NCBI RefSeq assembly: GCF_030144855.1
Contig: NC_082707.1
Coordinates: forward strand, 77,810,001-77,874,000
DNA from: Hypanus sabinus
Lineage: Eukaryota
Direction: 5' to 3'
DNA: 64,000 nucleotides
Under the pieces are notes generated by a model. The model did no database searches and had not been told where the DNA came from. It worked only from the letters and a program-made list of their open reading frames with translations. Below are positions 59,200-64,000 of the stretch, piece by piece. Positions within the stretch are counted from its first letter, which is position 1, and each line of letters opens with the position of its first letter. The position numbers and the translations under genes are program-made.

Positions 59200-62100
59200 A
59201 GCTTTGACCAGAGCCAGAGCGGCATCATCAGAGAAAGCAAAGGAAAGAAAAATTCTTTTTTGTCTCTGCTCAACTAAAACAGTAGAGATGACAGGCAGAA
59301 TAGTGAAATGCTCCTCTTGCGGGATGTGGGAATGCAGGGAGACCTTCAGTGTCTCTGATGACTACAACTATGAGAAGTACATCCAGCTTCTAACAAACCA
59401 CATTCAGGAGTTGGAGCTGGAACTGGATAAACTCTGAATCATTTGAGAGGCTGAAGCAGTGATAAGTAGGACACAGAGGTAGTTACACCCAAGGTGCAGG
59501 ACATAGAAACTAGGTGACAGTCAGGGAAAGGAAAGGGGTTAAGGAGCCAGTGCAGAGCACCCTGTTGCCACCCCCATCAAAACAGATATATCACCTTGGA
59601 TACTGTGGGGGCAGGATGAATGACATAACAGAGGAGTCATAATGGTTGGGTCTCTGGAATTGAGTCTGCCTCTGTGACTTGGAAGGGAAGAGGGAAAAGA
59701 GGCATGCTGTGGTGTTCGGAGATTTGTTAGTTAGGGGAATGGACAAGAACGAGATTCCCAGATGGTATGTAGGCTCCTTAAGTGCCAGGGTCCAGAATAT
59801 CTCAGTTTGAGTACTTGTCATTCTTAAATGGGAGGGTGACAAGCCAGAAGTTGTGCTCCATGGGGGTACCAATGACATGGGTAGGATGAGTGACCAGGTT
59901 CTACATAGAGAGTTCAGAGAGCTAGATGCTAATTTTAAGGGTAGTACTTCCAGGGCTGTGGTCTTGGGATTTCACCCAAGCCATGTGCTAGAGAGAGACT
60001 AGAGCTAGGAAGATTATACAGTTGGTGTAGGAGGAAGGGTTATAAGATCTTTGGATTATTGGGCTTTCTTCCAGGGAAGGTGGGACCTGTATGGAAGGGA
60101 TTATTTGCCCCTGAACTGGAGAGGGATGAATATCCTAGCAAGAATGTTTGTTAATGCTGCACAGTGGGGTTTAAACTGGAGTTGTAAGGGGGATGGGAAC
60201 CTGAGTGCCAGAACTGTTAGTGGAGAGGTTGTGGAGGCAGATCTTGGTGAGACCTCAGATAAACTTAGGAATTAAAAGGTCGATCATGGTGTGACTAGTG
60301 TCCTGAGCTGCCTATATTTTAATGCCAGAAGTATCATCGGAAAGGTGGATAGTAGTGTTGAAGATGAGGTAGCTGGTTTGCAAACAAGGTCAATGTGTAG
60401 TGTGAAGAAGGTGTTGATCGGGCAAAATTGCAGTCAACAGGATGAGTTGCAATGTAAAAGGCAGACAAAATCAAAAATACAGGACTGAAGGTGTTATATT
60501 TGAATGCGCACAGTATACGGAATAAGGAAGATGAACTTGCAGCCCAGTTGCAGATTGGCAAATACGATGTAGGCATCACTAAACCATGGCTGAAAGATTA
60601 TAGCTGGGAGCTTAATGTCCAAGGATACAAGGATGTGCAAGAAGTCAGAGGGGGCTGTGTTACTCTGTTGGTAAAGAATGAAATCAAATCATTAGAAAGA
60701 GATGACATAGGGTTGGAAGGTGTTGAATCATTCTGGATAGAGCTAAGGACCAAGAGTAAAAAGACCCTGATGGGAGGTGTATCCAGATACCCAAACAGTT
60801 GTAAGGATGTGGTCTACAAATTACAATGGGATATTGAAAATACATGCCAGAAGTGCAATGCTACAATAGCCCTAGGGGACTTCAATATGCAGGTAGATTA
60901 GGAAAATAGGTTGGTGCTGAGTTATATGAGGGGGAATTTCTAGAGAGCACATGAGATGGCTTTTTAGAACAGCTCGTGGTTGAGCCAACTAGAGGATCAG
61001 CTATTCTGGATTGTGTTGTGCAGTGAAACAGAATTCATTTGAGAGCTTAAGGTAAAAGTGCCCTTGGGGAAAGAGATCATGATATACTCAAATTTGCCGT
61101 GGAATTTGAGAAGTAGAAGCTAAAGACAGATGTATCAGTATTACAGTGAAGTAAAAGGAATTAAAGAGGCATGCAAGAGGAGTTGGACAGAATTGATTGG
61201 AAAGGAACACTGGCAGGGATGATGGCACAGCAGCAACAGCTGGAATTACTGGACACGATTCGAAAGGCACAGGATATATACATTCCAAAGAGGAAGTAGA
61301 GTTCTAAAGGAATTATAACAGAACCATGGCTAACAAGAGAAGTCAAAGTCAACATAAAAGCCAAAGAGAGGGCATATGATAGAGCAAAAATTAGAGGGAA
61401 GTTAGAGGATTGGGAAGCTTTTAAAAACCAACAGAAGGCAACAAGAAAGTAATTAAGGTAAAGTTGAAATATGAAAGTAAGCTGGCCAATAATATTAAAG
61501 AGGATACCGAAAGTTTCTTCAGATACATAATGTAAAAGAGAGGTGAGAGTGGATATTGGACCACTGGAAAATGATGCTGGAGAGGTAGTAATGGGGGACA
61601 AGGAAATGGTGGACAAACTGAATAAGTATTTTGTATCAGTCTTCACTGTGGAAGACACTAGTAGTATAGTAAATGTTTCCGGTGTCAGAAGGGATGAAAT
61701 GTGTGAAGTTATAAATGTGGGAAGGATCTTGGAGAAACTGAAAGGTCTGAAGGTAAGTAATTCGCCTGGACCAGATTAGATTCTGAAATGGTTCTGGAAG
61801 ACTGGGAAATTACACATGTCACTCTACTCTTCAAGAAGGGAGAGAGGCAGAAGAAAGGAAGCTATAGGCCAGTTAGTCTAACCTCAGTGGAGTCCATGAT
61901 TAAGGATGAGGTTTCAAGGTACTTGGAGGCACATGATAAAATAGACCATAGTCATCATGATTTCCTCAAGGGAAAATCTTGCCTGACAGATCTGTTGGAA
62001 TTCTTTGAAGAAATAACAAGCAGGATAGACAAAGGAGAATCAGTTGATTTTTGTGTACTTGGATTTTCAGAAGGCTTTTCACAAGGTGCCACACATGAGG

Positions 62101-62852
62101 CTGCTTAACAAGCTTTGAGACCATGGTATTACAGGAAAGATTCTAGCACGGATAAAGCTGTGGCTGATTGGCAGGAAGCAAAGAATGGGAATAAAGGAAG
62201 CCTTTTCGGGCTAGCTGCCGGTGAGTAGTGATGTTCCACGGGTCTGTGTTGGGACTGATTCCTTTTACATTACATATCAATGATTTGAATGTTGGAATTG
62301 ACACATTGTTGCAAAGTTTGCAGATATATGAAGATAGGTGGAGGGGCAGGTAGTTTTAAGAAAGTAAAAAGGCTGCAGAAGAGCTTAGACACATTGGGAG
62401 AATGGGCAAAGAAATGGCAGATGGAATACAGTGTCGGGAAGTGTATTGTCATGCATTTCAGTAGAAGAAATGAAAAGGTTGACTATTTTCTAAGTGGAGA
62501 GAAAATGGAAAAAACTGAGGTGTAAAGGGACTTTGTCCTTGTGCAGGGTTCCCTGAAGGTTAATTTGTAGGTTGAGCCTGGGGTGAGGAAGACAAATGCA
62601 ATGTTAGCAGTAATTTCAAGAGGACTAGAATGTAAAAGTAATATATAATGTTGAAACTTTATAAAGCACTGGTGATGCCTCACTTGGAGTATTGTGAGCA
62701 GGTTTGTGTCCTTTATCTTAGAAAGCATGTGCTGAGACCGGGGAAGGCAAGAGATTCGGGCTGAGAGTAAAATTGGATCAGTCATGATGAAATGGTGGAG
62801 CAGACTTGATGGGCCAAATGACCTAATTCTGCTCCTATATCTTTTGGTCTTT
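59200..62852 (+). mobile_element. Near full-length decayed CR1 LINE (ORF1 zinc finger/leucine zipper plus esterase; ORF2 APE-RT)
   Basis: ORF1: CSSCGMWE..IQELELELD, VVFGD, GTND. ORF2: YLNAHSIRNK, GDFN, PGPD, SYRPVSLTS, KSCLTDLLEFFEE, KCIVMHF. CR1 3' UTR present. Confidence 0.92.
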
Positions 62853-64000
62853 GCTATTGCTGATTGTGGAGATGTTGCCGATCCAAACTGGCTGAGGTCT
62901 GCAAGTGATGAAATCTAGGCTCCAGTTGCACACAGAGGCATTGAAGCTTATTACTTAGTTTTGAGGGAATGATTGTGTTGAATGCTAAACTGTAGTCATT
63001 GAAGAACTTTCTGATGTATGCATCTTTTGTCCAGATATTCCAGAGTTGTGTGAAGAACCAATGAAATGGCATCTGCTGTTAACCTGTTGTGACATTTGGC
63101 AAATTGGAGCAGATCGGAGTCATTTCTCAGGCAGGAGTTGACATGTTTCATCACCAGCCTCTCAAAGAAATACATCGCTGTTTCTGGACGATCATCATTT
63201 AAGCAGGTTACCATGTTCTTCTTGAGCTTCCATATAATTGAAACCTGCTTGAAGCAGTTGGGGACCTCAGACTTCTGAAGTGAGAGGTTTAAGATATTGG
63301 CAGAACATTGAAGCCAGTTGATCATCATAGGTCTTTAGTCCTCTGCCTGGTACCCTGTCGGGGTTAAATGCTTTCCTGTTCACCCTCCTGAAGGATGTTC
63401 TCAAAGACTGAAAACACAGGGTCATCAGGAGCTGTGGGAGTCCATGTTTTGGTGGTCAATGCAAGCATAAAAGGCATGTATATTATCTATGTCATTTGTT
63501 TTCACTTTGTAGGAGATGATTGCATTCAAGCCCTGCCATAGTTGTCGAACATCTTTCAGTGATTCAAATTTGGTCTGGAATTGCAGGTTGGCATATTAGA
63601 TGGCTTTTGGAGATTGTATCTGGACCTCGTCAGGCTTGACTGTCACTGATCTGGCCCTCAGCAGATTATGGTTTTCATGATTCATCCAGGGCTTCTGACT
63701 GTGGAAGACTCTGAATGGTTTTGTGGGGAGACACTTGCCTGTGACTGTTTTTATGAAGTCTGTGACATTCGGAGTGTGACTCTAAGCTGTACCCTTAGCC
63801 GCTCTTCTGCATCCTGTGATCACCTCTCTGTTGTCCTTATCCCTGGAGTCTTGCTCTTTAGCCTCTTGTTGGCTTTTAGAGACATAACTCTCATCCCCTG
63901 CTCTACTCGCCTTATATTTATGATTGTGAGGCCAAGTTCAGCTCCAATGCTATATTTAAGTTAGCTGACAACACTACTGTTGTTGGCCAAATCAAAGGAG
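62853..64000 (-). mobile_element. Rex1/Babar-like LINE internal RT fragment
   Basis: ILNLSLQKSEVPNCFK, VTCLNDDRP, FERLVMKH, LQFA and FNDYSLAFNTIIPSKL. Confidence 0.85.

Noticed and set aside
49000-64000. Terminal exons of PPP2R3A, the expected syntenic neighbour downstream of MSL2
   Set aside because: No recognisable coding exon found by eye. A TBLASTN search would be needed to exclude it.

Overview
Vertebrate genomic DNA, most likely a cartilaginous fish (ray/skate-like; inferred from the CR1, Rex1/Babar, V-SINE and Penelope repeat mix). It holds two head-to-head host genes sharing a compact CpG-island promoter. PCCB (propionyl-CoA carboxylase beta) is on the - strand: coding exons 1-6 lie in the window and the gene continues past the left edge. 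MSL2 is on the + strand: 2 coding exons, 589 aa, complete. Their ATGs are only ~1.4 kb apart. PCCB intron 1 (~24.7 kb) is largely transposon-derived. It includes a nest of Tigger-like MITE > I/Nimb-type LINE > class I (gamma/epsilon-like) endogenous retrovirus at 26600-31993. The provirus has an ATTA target-site duplication, a tRNA-Arg-like PBS, a 104-codon ORF upstream of gag, a large gag-pol deletion and a decayed env. The most interesting candidates are the ERV and its pre-gag accessory-like ORF, the stacked uORFs and in-frame N-terminal extension of MSL2, a candidate poison exon in MSL2 intron 1, and the ZNF143-type bidirectional promoter. The right quarter of the window is mostly degraded retroelements. 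There is one 145-bp assembly gap. No CRISPR array or RNA gene is supported.
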